Below are positions 18,993 to 29,255 of a stretch of 62,697 bases of DNA, piece by piece. Origin of the DNA: an uncultured Candidatus Poseidoniales archaeon (lineage in GTDB: Archaea; Thermoplasmatota; Poseidoniia; Poseidoniales; Thalassarchaeaceae); contig CAZXZO010000006.1 in assembly GCA_964645485.1 (NCBI GenBank), forward strand, positions 1 to 62,697, written 5' to 3'. The notes below the pieces were generated by a model. That model was not told where the DNA came from. It was given only the letters and a program-made list of their open reading frames with translations, and did not search any database. The translations under genes and the position numbers were made by a program. Within the stretch, counting starts at the first letter, position 1, and every line of letters starts with the position of its first letter.

Positions 18993-21293
18993 ATGCGCAG
19001 GTCCACTCTGCAGCCGATAATTGCACTTCTTCTCGTGCTAACTGTAGCAGTGCTTCCAGTGCTTGATACAAATATCACATTCCATCAGGATAATACAACG
19101 CTTGTTGAGACTTCGGTATCACCTTCATCTAAGAACACAACAAATTACACTAGTAACCTCACTTGGGGGCCAAATTCAGGTCTCAATGCATTCGCGACAG
19201 TGAATACACCATTGACTATGTCAATAAACATTACAAATGGGGCAAATATCAGTGATGCAGTTGATTTCACCCTCACCAGTGATGTTGACTGGGATTGCAT
19301 CTGGTTTGGAACAGTAACTCCATGCCATGAAACATATCAAATCGTTATTGCATCTGGTGAATTAGGATGGCCAAAATATACGATTACTGTCCCACCAGTT
19401 GTTGACGGTGCACCACTTGCCTTTGTGAGGCATCCATTTCAGTTAACAGCGATTTCTAGCCTTGATGCAGTTCAAGTCAAATATAATTTCACCTTAGAAC
19501 CAGATGAGTGGTTTCAAGCAGAATTTGATAGTGTTGGAGAAAATTTTACTCTTGACCCTGGCCTGAAAATTCGTGAAGAGGTATTAGTCCGAAATACCGG
19601 TAATTCACCAGCAATCCTAGTTGCCCGTCTAGTGCCATTAGGTGAGGATGGCCAACCCATCAATGGTGCCACACCAGCTCTTTCATTCCAGCAAGATGGG
19701 TGGTTAGTAGGATTATTTGACATCCACCACCTAAACGGTGGTGGTGGCTCGGGCCTAGGTGCAAATGGTCAGGCAACTATAGATATCGAAATTCAAGCAC
19801 CTTCTGTGACCTCAGCAGAGTTAAGTTTTGGAGTTCTATTGTGGAGTGAATACAATCCTTCTGATACTAAATTAATTCAATTCAATGCAAACATTTCATG
19901 GATACGCGGTGGAAGTTTGTCAATTGGTGATTCTTGTAATGGAAATGATGTACTCCCTGATGAGAGTTGCTCGGTTACAATTTCAGTAACAAATGATGGG
20001 AACTTTGAGGACACATTTGAGATTTCCGTCGTGGCTACAGATTGGTTGAAGCCAACGTTAACTCGAGCAACTACAATTGTTGCCAAAGGTGAAACTCAAA
20101 ATGCCGCAACCTTGACTCTAGAAGTTGAAGGCATGGTACCTGCTTTCAGCCGAGGATATGCGACGATTTCCTTGAAACTTAACTCCGGAACAGTGCTCGC
20201 TACTGAAGAAGTAGAATTGAGAGTTGGGCCAAAAGTAGATTGGGAGTTGCACGCCATTGAGAATAGTACTGACTCTCGAGAAAATGTTTCGGTCGCTTTT
20301 ACTCTTCGAAACCTAGGTAATGGAGACGATGGATTACAAGTTTCTCTTCATGTTGATATGAGTGTGGAACACGGCTTTATTCCACCAGAACAAGCCACTC
20401 ACGGTTCTAACACTGGCACTCCAAGATTCTTTGAAATTGACCAAATCCCGCCTGGGGTGAACTTTACATTCCGCGCTTGGATGCACAAACCCCGTAATAC
20501 CGAAGCAAATGGTACTCTCACAATGACTGTTGAAATGCAGAGTGTTTTGAGTCCCGACATTAAATTTGTGAATGAAACTAAAGCGGATTATCTAGCAGAA
20601 GTTTGGCGTCCTGAAAATATTCAAGAAGATTCAACTTGGATGAAAATTGAGATTGCTGTTGCAGATTTATGGAATCAATTTAATGGCTTGGTCATGACTA
20701 TCTTGGTGGTGTTAGCAGGTTCACTCGGACTATTACAAGCACTCAAACATCGATCAGAAAAGGATGCCTTGTGGAAGGCAAAATTGGCAGCAGCAGAACC
20801 ACCAACACCTGAAAAACCACAAGAATGGATGGACAAATTTGAGAATAACGGCAGAGATGAAAACAAAGGAATTGTGGGTAACGTAATCCAAGCCCCCAAA
20901 ATCGCCGCTAGAGTCTTCCAAGACTTATTCACTGCTAAGGCGCCCGCTAAAAGTGTGCAAAAAGAAAAACCATCTGAAGCCCTTCTTGATGCAGCTAATA
21001 CCGTTTTGGAACACCATGAAACCAGCATCGAAGGTGATTTGTTAGACGATTTGGCTGGTGATTTAGCCATTGAAAATAAATCTCATCCTGCTAATGAATT
21101 ATTTGGAGAAGTAGAAGCAGAATCTGGTAGAACAGTGAGAAAACCAAAGAACAAATCCAACTCAAATTACCTAAAACCCAAATCAGATTCACCAAGAGAA
21201 GGGAAATCAGTGGCAAACAAGCCGAAGGATTCACACACCGTCAGTACTCCAGCGGTAGTGGAGCAAGACGAAGAATTCGACCTTGACCTCTGA
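18993..21293 (+). CDS. Secreted, single-TM-anchored protein with tandem Ig-like (N-x-G-N) domains and a charged cytoplasmic tail
   Basis: Signal peptide; repeats VRNTGNSPA, VTNDGNFEDTF and LRNLGNGDD; TM segment GLVMTILVVLAGSLGLL; K/E-rich tail ending DEEFDLDL. Confidence 0.75.
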   Translation: MRRSTLQPIIALLLVLTVAVLPVLDTNITFHQDNTTLVETSVSPSSKNTTNYTSNLTWGPNSGLNAFATVNTPLTMSINITNGANISDAVDFTLTSDVDWDCIWFGTVTPCHETYQIVIASGELGWPKYTITVPPVVDGAPLAFVRHPFQLTAISSLDAVQVKYNFTLEPDEWFQAEFDSVGENFTLDPGLKIREEVLVRNTGNSPAILVARLVPLGEDGQPINGATPALSFQQDGWLVGLFDIHHLNGGGGSGLGANGQATIDIEIQAPSVTSAELSFGVLLWSEYNPSDTKLIQFNANISWIRGGSLSIGDSCNGNDVLPDESCSVTISVTNDGNFEDTFEISVVATDWLKPTLTRATTIVAKGETQNAATLTLEVEGMVPAFSRGYATISLKLNSGTVLATEEVELRVGPKVDWELHAIENSTDSRENVSVAFTLRNLGNGDDGLQVSLHVDMSVEHGFIPPEQATHGSNTGTPRFFEIDQIPPGVNFTFRAWMHKPRNTEANGTLTMTVEMQSVLSPDIKFVNETKADYLAEVWRPENIQEDSTWMKIEIAVADLWNQFNGLVMTILVVLAGSLGLLQALKHRSEKDALWKAKLAAAEPPTPEKPQEWMDKFENNGRDENKGIVGNVIQAPKIAARVFQDLFTAKAPAKSVQKEKPSEALLDAANTVLEHHETSIEGDLLDDLAGDLAIENKSHPANELFGEVEAESGRTVRKPKNKSNSNYLKPKSDSPREGKSVANKPKDSHTVSTPAVVEQDEEFDLDL

Positions 21294-21302
21294 GATGACA
21301 AG

Positions 21303-22040
21303 ATGTGGGTTGCTGGAATTGATGAGGCTGGCCGAGGCCCATGTATTGGGCCGCTAGTAGTGGCAATTGTTGCCATACCTCAATCAGATATTCAACTACT
21401 TGAGGAACATGGAATTGATGACTCAAAGAAAATATCTCCAGCAAAAAGGTTGGAATACCACGATTGGTTGCTTGAACAATCACAAAGTAGGGGATGGCTA
21501 ATTGAAGTCCTCAAAGCGATGCCATCCCATATTGACAACTGGATGGAATCTAGATCACTCAATGATTTAGAAGTCGAAATGTTTGCTCATGTTGCAAATA
21601 AAATTCTCCCTCCCGATGGCCAAGATAAAGGCGTACTCCATCTCGATGCTTGTGATGTAAATGAACAGAGATTTGGTGATAATATCAGTGCAAGACTCAA
21701 TAATTGGCCTTGGGGGAACTGGGAAATCACAAGTGAGCATGGCGCAGATGCCATTCACTTGGTGGTAGGTGCCGCCTCAATCATTGCAAAGCAAGTTCGC
21801 GACTCGTTCATAGAGAACCTAAATCGAGAAGAGACTATACAATTTGGCTCAGGTTATCCCTCTGACCCACACACTAGGAAGGTTTTACCAGAATTAGTGA
21901 AAGGTGACCACCCACATCACATGTTAAGGTGGAAATGGAAAACAACACAAAACGCCTGGAATGAATTACACAGTTCATCAATGCCGACAAGACCTCGTGA
22001 AACACCATTGTTCAAAGAACGCAATCTGTTAGATTATTGA
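21303..22040 (+). CDS. rnhB: Ribonuclease HII
   Basis: GIDEAGRGPCIGPLVV, IDDSKK, VVGAASIIAKQVRD and FGSGYPSDP. Confidence 0.96.
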   Translation: MWVAGIDEAGRGPCIGPLVVAIVAIPQSDIQLLEEHGIDDSKKISPAKRLEYHDWLLEQSQSRGWLIEVLKAMPSHIDNWMESRSLNDLEVEMFAHVANKILPPDGQDKGVLHLDACDVNEQRFGDNISARLNNWPWGNWEITSEHGADAIHLVVGAASIIAKQVRDSFIENLNREETIQFGSGYPSDPHTRKVLPELVKGDHPHHMLRWKWKTTQNAWNELHSSSMPTRPRETPLFKERNLLDY

Positions 22041-22098
22041 GCCTGTGGAGGCAGATTATCCGGATATGCTCAAGAGGTGTAGCGAAGGCCGACAGGCC

Positions 22099-23850
22099 AT
22101 GAGCGATTGGATTCCCGATGAGGACACAATCCTCTTAATTCGCAAATATGCGATGCAAAACGCCCTAGAATATGATGGAAAAGGCCAAGCGGCTTCTGTC
22201 CAAGGTAGAATCCTTGGCGAAGTCCCACAACTTCGCCAGCACGCAAAAAATCTGTTCGGTGTCTTAGGACCAGCAATCGACGAAGCGAATAAATTGTGGC
22301 ATGATGAAGGCCCTAAAGCAGTAAAAGCCGTCTTGGAAGCAGAAGCACCAGATGCACTTGAAAAGAGGACAAAAGAGCGCCGAGAAGGTCTGCCTGAATT
22401 GCCCAATGCAGTCAAGGGCGAGGTGATTTTACGCTTCGCTCCCAATCCAAATGGGCCACTTACACTCGGCCACAGCCGAGGTGTAGTCATCAATTCTCAG
22501 TATGCAGAGATGTATGATGGAAAGATGATTCTTAGATATGACGATACAGATACAAAAATCAAACGACCTGACTTGCAAGCATATGATTGGATTAGTGAAG
22601 ATTTCACTTGGCTTTCAGGAAGAAAGCCTGACATCATCATAGAGGCATCCGCTAGAATGCCTGAATACATTGCACATGCAAAACAATTCATCTCCAAAGA
22701 CATCCTGTATGTCTGCACTTGTACTGCAGAAGCATTCAAACAACTTCGAAATGACCAACAAGAATGCCCATGCCGCGCCAACAGTACCCTCAAGAATAGT
22801 GATTTGTGGGACCAAATGAACGACCCTGAGGGAAGGTTCATCGAAGGAGATGCGGTAGTCCGTGTCCGTACGGGAATGGAACACAAAAATCCAGCATTAC
22901 GAGATTGGCCAGCATTGAGAATTCAGAGAGCATCGCATCCTAAAGTTGGAGAAAAATATCGAGTTTGGCCACTTCTAGATTTCCAAAGTGCAGTTGAAGA
23001 CCACCTGCAAAAAGTAACTCACATCATTCGCGGTAAGGACCTCATGGACTCAACCCGCAAACAAAAATTGTTCTACGAAATGGCTGGCTGGGATTATCCT
23101 GAGACACTCTATTGGGGGCGAGTCAAGGTACACGAATTTGGAGGTTTTTCAACCTCACAAATGAAGATTGACATTGAAAATGGAGAATTTGAAGGGTGGG
23201 ACGACCCTCGATTACCAACCCTGAGGGCTTTGCGGAGACGTGGGTATGATGCTGGGGCCATACGAAAATTTTGGATTGATCTGGGACTAACACAGAAAGA
23301 TATCTCAGTCCCTATGTCGACGTTGAACAATCTCAACTCCAAGGCGGTTGATGTTGAGGCGCCACGACTATCATTTGTGCGCGACCCACGTACCATTCTC
23401 ATAGACATCTCTGGAATCGAGATAGATAAAGTCACTTTGCCAATTCACCCTGAACATCCAGACAAGGGAGTTCGTGAATGGCCACTCGGGGATAGCCCAC
23501 TCAAGGTGAAGATTACTTCAGAAGATTTTACCTCACGCGAAGGAAGGCGTTTGAAAGATTTTGCAACCATTGGAATCAACCATCAAAAGACGAAGCATGG
23601 GTGGGAAGGTGAAATCAGTCGAATCGAACGCATTGACGACACCCCGATTATTCATTGGCTGCCTAGCAATATGGCTCAACCAGCAGTATTGCTGCTTGAA
23701 GAAGATGGTGAGTTGGTGGCTGCTGAAGGTTTGCTAGAGGTCAATGATTATCCTGATGGCACTGTTGTCCAATTGGAACGAATGGGTTTTGCAATTCTTG
23801 AAGGAACCGAGGAGAACGGGGCTCGGCGCCTTGTCCGACTACACGGATGA
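22099..23850 (+). CDS. gltX: Glutamate--tRNA ligase (archaeal, probably non-discriminating)
   Basis: RFAPNPNGPLTLGH, LRYDDTD, THIIRGKD and GWDDPRLPTLRALRRRG. Start placed at ATG 22099 (MSDWIPD). Confidence 0.96.
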   Translation: MSDWIPDEDTILLIRKYAMQNALEYDGKGQAASVQGRILGEVPQLRQHAKNLFGVLGPAIDEANKLWHDEGPKAVKAVLEAEAPDALEKRTKERREGLPELPNAVKGEVILRFAPNPNGPLTLGHSRGVVINSQYAEMYDGKMILRYDDTDTKIKRPDLQAYDWISEDFTWLSGRKPDIIIEASARMPEYIAHAKQFISKDILYVCTCTAEAFKQLRNDQQECPCRANSTLKNSDLWDQMNDPEGRFIEGDAVVRVRTGMEHKNPALRDWPALRIQRASHPKVGEKYRVWPLLDFQSAVEDHLQKVTHIIRGKDLMDSTRKQKLFYEMAGWDYPETLYWGRVKVHEFGGFSTSQMKIDIENGEFEGWDDPRLPTLRALRRRGYDAGAIRKFWIDLGLTQKDISVPMSTLNNLNSKAVDVEAPRLSFVRDPRTILIDISGIEIDKVTLPIHPEHPDKGVREWPLGDSPLKVKITSEDFTSREGRRLKDFATIGINHQKTKHGWEGEISRIERIDDTPIIHWLPSNMAQPAVLLLEEDGELVAAEGLLEVNDYPDGTVVQLERMGFAILEGTEENGARRLVRLHG

Positions 23851-23894
23851 AAACACGCCCTCCGATTGGAGCACATGGTAATTTTCAATCTGGC

Positions 23895-24323
23895 TTATTC
23901 ATGCTGAGCAAGGCGCTTGATTGCCGGCCTTGATTCAATATGAGAAAGTGCTTCACGGTAATCATTAGGTGAAAAGTAACCTGCAAACTTGCCATCACTA
24001 TCTACTGCAACAACAGCATGTGGTTTGCGTTCATTCATTTGTACAATTATATCGTCAACGCTGTCATCCTGACCAACTTCCATGACGTCTGCATCCATGT
24101 GTTCACCCACAGTCATGTCCTTAGAATCTCCACCATCTGAAATTGCCGAAAGCACTTGATTTGGTGTAACTATTCCTTTGACCATCTTGTCATCTCCAAG
24201 TACAATCAAAATTCCTCGCTGAAGTGCAAGTAATTTGCTGGCAGCACCTGCGATAGAAGAATCCATCTCAACTACTTCATGCTCATCTGTCAAAATCAAG
24301 TCAGAGACTTTTACATCATCCAT
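23895..24323 (-). CDS. Stand-alone CBS-domain pair protein
   Basis: 142 aa with two CBS-like motifs (ILIVLGDDKMVKGIVT; AVVAVDSDGKFAGYFS). Confidence 0.8.
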   Translation of the reverse strand: MDDVKVSDLILTDEHEVVEMDSSIAGAASKLLALQRGILIVLGDDKMVKGIVTPNQVLSAISDGGDSKDMTVGEHMDADVMEVGQDDSVDDIIVQMNERKPHAVVAVDSDGKFAGYFSPNDYREALSHIESRPAIKRLAQHE

Positions 24324-24562
24324 AATAGTTCACTGAAATCAAGGCGCACGCACAGGTTCATGAATCTGTTGGAATACATTTTTATTAATTTTGTAAAATT
24401 TCGTAGCAAAATGTGGGAATAAAACTTTCATACAGTGATTATTGAATGTTTATTTGGAAAATTCCCCAAGCCATCAATTACTCCAAATACATACCGTTTG
24501 GTGGCCCGACTATCCGTTGACTTGAAAGAGCCCATGAGGACCCACACACACTGGGGAAGCAG

Positions 24563-26644
24563 ATGGTGAAGCGGACAACCACCATCATTGCTCTCTTAGC
24601 CCTATTATTATCCACCATGCCTAATAGCCAAATCATAGGAGAAGTAGACGCACAAATTACTTGTTGCGATTCGGTTGAAGTGGACTACTATTTACTAGGT
24701 GAAGGTAGTGAAACCGGAAAAGGTACTCTTAGCCCATTCTCAGCAGATTTGACCAGTGAGCAAGATGTGTGGGTTAGTTCCTCAGTTAGTCAACTAACCG
24801 AAATCGCCCGTTGGAGAGTTCCTCAAGCAACGAGTGGGACTTACCCGACTTCAACATGGACGCTATCGGTGAATTATGAGGTTGTAAATGCCGGAGGAGT
24901 TCAGGCAAATGTAACAGCTGAAGTGAAAATTGGAGGAAAGTCATGGACTGGTTCCTCTAACACCAATCCCGCCTACACACCTGGTCTAGGAACAGTCGAT
25001 GTATCGGTAGACATTGATGAGGAAGGAAATATCTTCTCAAGTGGAGAATTGATTGTTGTGGTTCTTAGTGTTCAAACTCTCATTTTCAATTCACCCGATG
25101 AGGATGCCGGGGTCAGGTTCATTTGGGGTACAGATGAATATGCTTCCAAACTCAAAGCAAATATTCCCTTAGTAAAAATGGATTGGCAACCTGCAATTGT
25201 CAATGGACATTCGGTTCAAATCCCAGTAGTTCTCCATTCAGGTTATGGTGCGGCAATATGGGAAAAATCAACAACCGAATTCAAAGTTGATGGCGTGGTT
25301 GTTGACACAGTTGTAGCCACTATGCACAATGACGGTGCTCAAGTTTACCTAAATTGGCAGGCCCCTGAATCATCTCAAGACGGAGTCTACGAATTCAACC
25401 TCTCGTTAACTGTTTCAGATTCTCAGGTTCAACCCTTCAATGGTGGGTACGCATATGTGTTAGCATTTGGAGAGGGTAGTGGAAGTGGGTATGGAATATT
25501 CCCTGCCGATGAGCCCCTAAGAAGCGGTGGAAGCAAAATAAGTGTCAGAATTGATGCAGAAGTCCAGGGCGGTGACCGAATTCACAGGACAACTCAGATT
25601 GAACTTGAAGGACCTATGGCAACATGGATGAGATGGGGATTAGATAATATTGGAAACGATACTTTGGACTCACTATCTCAGTGGAAAAGAGTTCAAGGCA
25701 GTTCATCAACGGAAGCAACTCATAACAATCACCAAGTTGATTCCTCGGAAGTTCAAGCCCTAGAAACCCATCTATCAGGTAGAGCGTCCTCACTAAAACA
25801 ATTCATGTTTGATGGCTTAATGCTTGATTCTGGTAGATTACTAGGAGTAGAGCCAATTGAAGCAGCAGCAGCACCCACGGTTAGCATTGATGTAAACAAT
25901 GATTTTGGCTTTAGCGATTCAGCCATCACTATCACAATTGAGTCACTTGAAAACATTAGAATTGGCGAGAAGAGTGTTCTATTCGATAATTTCGTCAGAC
26001 CACAAGCATCAGCCACCCCGTTTTGGAGTGAACTGACTATTGATGCCCGCTTGAAAACCTCAATGATGGTTGGAACTGCTGCTGTTGATGGGAGTGGGGT
26101 AGATTACTCTCACAATAGATTCATCTACACAGAAACTGTTACCGTCTCACATACTACCTTGACCGGTGAAGATGCCATGTCGGATTATCGTGTTGCATAT
26201 GTTATCGGTAGTTTGGCTCATTCACCTCTTGTCACCCTTTTACAATCATTTGCAATGTTCGTAGCGTTCACCTTTTTAGCGAGTAAATTAACCAAAAACA
26301 AACCAAGAGCCGGTTTCTGGTTGACCTCGGTGTTATTCGCAGGGGTTTGGGGTTACTCTTACTTCTTCGCCCTTCCTCTAGTGTTCATGTTAGTTGCTTT
26401 AGGAGTGGCTGGGGTCATGATGTTGGCAGTTGCGGTGGTGACTCCAAAAATTAGTTTAGACGATACACTGGCAGATGAAGCGGCTTACTTCACGATAATG
26501 CCGAGTATCGGAACTCGTAAAAAACGGATGAAAATCCCTCTTGTGAATTGTCCGGTTTGTTCCGACAAAATAGCAGTCAAGACAACAAAAAGGCCTGTTA
26601 GAGTTCGTTGTGATGGTTGTGATACAAGCCTCAAGATCTCATGA
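24563..26644 (+). CDS. Secreted/membrane protein with large extracellular region, about 3 C-terminal TM helices and a cytoplasmic Zn ribbon
   Basis: Signal peptide; hydrophobic segments near the C-terminus; terminal CPVC...RCDGC. Confidence 0.72.
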   Translation: MVKRTTTIIALLALLLSTMPNSQIIGEVDAQITCCDSVEVDYYLLGEGSETGKGTLSPFSADLTSEQDVWVSSSVSQLTEIARWRVPQATSGTYPTSTWTLSVNYEVVNAGGVQANVTAEVKIGGKSWTGSSNTNPAYTPGLGTVDVSVDIDEEGNIFSSGELIVVVLSVQTLIFNSPDEDAGVRFIWGTDEYASKLKANIPLVKMDWQPAIVNGHSVQIPVVLHSGYGAAIWEKSTTEFKVDGVVVDTVVATMHNDGAQVYLNWQAPESSQDGVYEFNLSLTVSDSQVQPFNGGYAYVLAFGEGSGSGYGIFPADEPLRSGGSKISVRIDAEVQGGDRIHRTTQIELEGPMATWMRWGLDNIGNDTLDSLSQWKRVQGSSSTEATHNNHQVDSSEVQALETHLSGRASSLKQFMFDGLMLDSGRLLGVEPIEAAAAPTVSIDVNNDFGFSDSAITITIESLENIRIGEKSVLFDNFVRPQASATPFWSELTIDARLKTSMMVGTAAVDGSGVDYSHNRFIYTETVTVSHTTLTGEDAMSDYRVAYVIGSLAHSPLVTLLQSFAMFVAFTFLASKLTKNKPRAGFWLTSVLFAGVWGYSYFFALPLVFMLVALGVAGVMMLAVAVVTPKISLDDTLADEAAYFTIMPSIGTRKKRMKIPLVNCPVCSDKIAVKTTKRPVRVRCDGCDTSLKIS

Positions 26645-26668
26645 AATCTGAATTACAATCGATTGTAA

Positions 26669-27514
26669 TCAGACGCCTTTTGATAAAATTGAGTCAATCA
26701 AAAGCGATGCTGCTTTCGGGGTACCATCCCACATTGCACGTGCTGAAATCATCCTAGAGTGTAAATCCCGTTCAGAATCTGCTAACTTAATCCGGTGCCA
26801 AACCAACTCTTCGAGCCTAGCAGTTGATGGTTTGTCACTCAACACTTGGGGAAGGACAAGTGTACTCAGCGCATTGGCTTTAGCCTCCACATCTAATGAA
26901 GACCATGTTTCGTGAGTACTTGCGTTGGTTGCAATATTGATTTGTTTTAACCCAGTCATGTCAGGGTTCTCAATCTCCGAGATAGGTACCACCCTCACAG
27001 AACCCTCTTGGTGCAAATGGTCTCGAAGAGCACTATACACCGGGTCATATCCTTGGTCGAGTGCACCTGACCACCAATTACCGGCCAGCAACCATGGCCT
27101 TAGAGAACGTGATTTTTTGCCATCTGGGGAGATTAATTCCCCTAAAGCAGCAGATTGAGCAACCGTCGAGAGGACACCTCTGTGAGCGGCTCCCTCGTGG
27201 CCTCTAAGACCAGTCGCAAAAAGCGGTGTGATTACAAAATGGTCGGGTTGATTAGAAAATGGTTTGTCTAATGCTTCGCAATCTCTCGCCTCAATGCAAG
27301 GGGTACTTGGTGATCGGGGAGAAAAACGGCGGCGGTAACGGATTTCGCTATCTAACAACGCCGCCTCCAAAAAAGCAGAACAGACCGCTCCTTCAGGAGA
27401 TGGTGGTATAATCAGTGTGATTGTATCTGATTTGTTAATGGAATTCACAAATGCTTGCAGTTTTTCAGCAATTGCAGCAAATGCCTCCAACTCCAATAAC
27501 GAGCGCATAGCCAC
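26669..27514 (-). CDS. Degenerate, truncated DHH/RecJ-like (GAN/Cdc45-related?) protein
   Basis: The N-terminal ITLIIPPSPEGAVCSAFLEAALLDSEIRYRRRF follows the layout of DHH motif I, but no DxDG or DHH is present. Co-oriented downstream of rps15. Confidence 0.45.
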   Translation of the reverse strand: MAMRSLLELEAFAAIAEKLQAFVNSINKSDTITLIIPPSPEGAVCSAFLEAALLDSEIRYRRRFSPRSPSTPCIEARDCEALDKPFSNQPDHFVITPLFATGLRGHEGAAHRGVLSTVAQSAALGELISPDGKKSRSLRPWLLAGNWWSGALDQGYDPVYSALRDHLHQEGSVRVVPISEIENPDMTGLKQINIATNASTHETWSSLDVEAKANALSTLVLPQVLSDKPSTARLEELVWHRIKLADSERDLHSRMISARAMWDGTPKAASLLIDSILSKGV

Positions 27515-27661
27515 CCGATTAAGTCAACTGCCAAAAAACCACTCACGAACCAGGAGAGATTCCGGGTCGCTAATTTATCTCGTGAAAAAATAGACCAATA
27601 GTACCCAATTTTTTGATGATTCAGCCATATATTTCAAATCAAAATCTGTCTTGGGCACAAT

Positions 27662-28258
27662 ATGAATGACGATATTCGGGCAAAAGAGAAAGAACTTTAC
27701 AAACTTGTCAAAGAAATCGAGGAGATGAGAAGTGGACATGAAGGTAACGAAGTACCGGATTATGAATTTAATAGTTCATACGGGAAAATCGAACTTTCAC
27801 AAATGTTCGGTAATAAAGAAGGACTTTTCGTGATTCATAACATGGGTCAGGGGTGTAGGTACTGCACGCTTTGGGCCGATGGAATAAATGCATTTTTGCC
27901 TCATTTAGAAACGGAATTTTCGGTTTTTTTGGTCTCAAAAGATAGCCCGGATATTCAAAGGACCTTCGCAAATGAACGGGGATGGAGGTTCAAATTGGCC
28001 TCACATGCAGGGGAGAGTTATGCCCTAGAACAGAGTGTTGTGGAGGGTGAGGGGAACTACCCGGGAATCTCATTTTTTACCAAGCAAGGTGACAAAATTG
28101 TCAAGAAAAACAATGCGACTTTTGGCCCAGGTGATGCGTTTTGCTCATTGTGGCACATTCTGTCACTTTCAGGTAGGACAGATAGCGATTGGTTCCCGCA
28201 ATTCAATTATTGGAAGCCGCCAAAATCATTAGATGATGGTGGACAAAATGTTGAGTGA
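27662..28258 (+). CDS. DUF899-family thioredoxin-fold protein
   Basis: EVPDYEF...IELSQMFGNKEGLFVIHNMGQGCRYCTLWADGINAFLPHL, with a CxxC motif. Confidence 0.8.
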   Translation: MNDDIRAKEKELYKLVKEIEEMRSGHEGNEVPDYEFNSSYGKIELSQMFGNKEGLFVIHNMGQGCRYCTLWADGINAFLPHLETEFSVFLVSKDSPDIQRTFANERGWRFKLASHAGESYALEQSVVEGEGNYPGISFFTKQGDKIVKKNNATFGPGDAFCSLWHILSLSGRTDSDWFPQFNYWKPPKSLDDGGQNVE

Positions 28259-28433
28259 ATTCCGATTCATTTTGCTTTCATCAATTTTATGAAAGAATTA
28301 GATGTTTAGTAGTCAACAGATTTCGATATCAACTGATGTTGTCCAATCAGCACCCATATTCAATTGTTAAGCATGATTTCATCAAACTTCGGAAAGGTGA
28401 GAGTTCAAGTGCTTGAAGGCCTTAGAAAAAACC

Positions 28434-29108
28434 ATGAATGAGCCGGAATCTACCATAGTCGGCGAATCTGAATCACCTTTTCAGGAAAAAGAAATCCCGT
28501 CTGTCAAGCAGATCCCACCCAAAGATTACGCGATTGGCATCTGCGTTACACTGATTGCAGCCCTGCTTATTTTCGTCGGTAGTGACATCCTCGGTAATGG
28601 CTACTTGTCGGGCAACCAATTCAATGGGACGGCCGTGGCTGGGGGAGATGGGGTGACAACGGTTTTTGATATCGATGCAGATGTTTGTGCTGACGGAAAG
28701 GATGTTCAGTTTGATGCTTGGCTTGAGGACAGAACTAACGAATGGGAAACGTACGATGAAATCGCTCAATTCGAATGTGGAGAAGGTGTGGTTTGGCTAA
28801 GCGTGGGCTTCAACTTAACATGGGATGAAACCACCGGAGACCTACAAATCATCGCTGATGAACCGCCTGCAAATGGCACAAACATTGTCCTTGATTCCGA
28901 AACCACCCCATCCATTGGGAGTCCTCTGTTCCTGCTCAGCTGGTTTTGCCTAATCGTTGGTATTACCGGTTCCTTCATTTTTGGCCTCGTGATTGCACGA
29001 AATAAACGCGGTTATCTATATGGACAACTGATTGTACTGGCTCTCATTCTCTTAGTGGTAATGGCCATGAAGACATATCTCAACCCATGCACAGACTTCT
29101 ACTGTTGA
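28434..29108 (+). CDS. Hypothetical membrane protein (TM, extracellular domain, 2 TM)
   Basis: Hydrophobic segments at YAIGICVTLIAALLIFVG and two near the C-terminus; start taken at ATG 28434. Confidence 0.65.
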   Translation: MNEPESTIVGESESPFQEKEIPSVKQIPPKDYAIGICVTLIAALLIFVGSDILGNGYLSGNQFNGTAVAGGDGVTTVFDIDADVCADGKDVQFDAWLEDRTNEWETYDEIAQFECGEGVVWLSVGFNLTWDETTGDLQIIADEPPANGTNIVLDSETTPSIGSPLFLLSWFCLIVGITGSFIFGLVIARNKRGYLYGQLIVLALILLVVMAMKTYLNPCTDFYC

Positions 29109-29255
29109 CTAACGATTTAGCCAATCAAAATCTTGATTCGGTGAATGCGGCCTAAAGGGCGCTGATACAATTGAAGAAAACAAGTCCGCGATTGAATATC
29201 CTCAATGTGAATTTAGCACAGGGGGAGCTCTGAGAGGGGCAGTAGCCCACCTCAG

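Noticed and set aside
18868-19071. N-terminal extension of the 197-aa ORF
   Set aside because: It overlaps the start and divergent promoter of the 18993 gene; the ATG at 18867 is the better start.
22441-22480. TLGH instead of HIGH in GluRS as a sign of inactivation
   Set aside because: Variant first residues of this motif are common in euryarchaeal GluRS, and the rest of the enzyme is intact.
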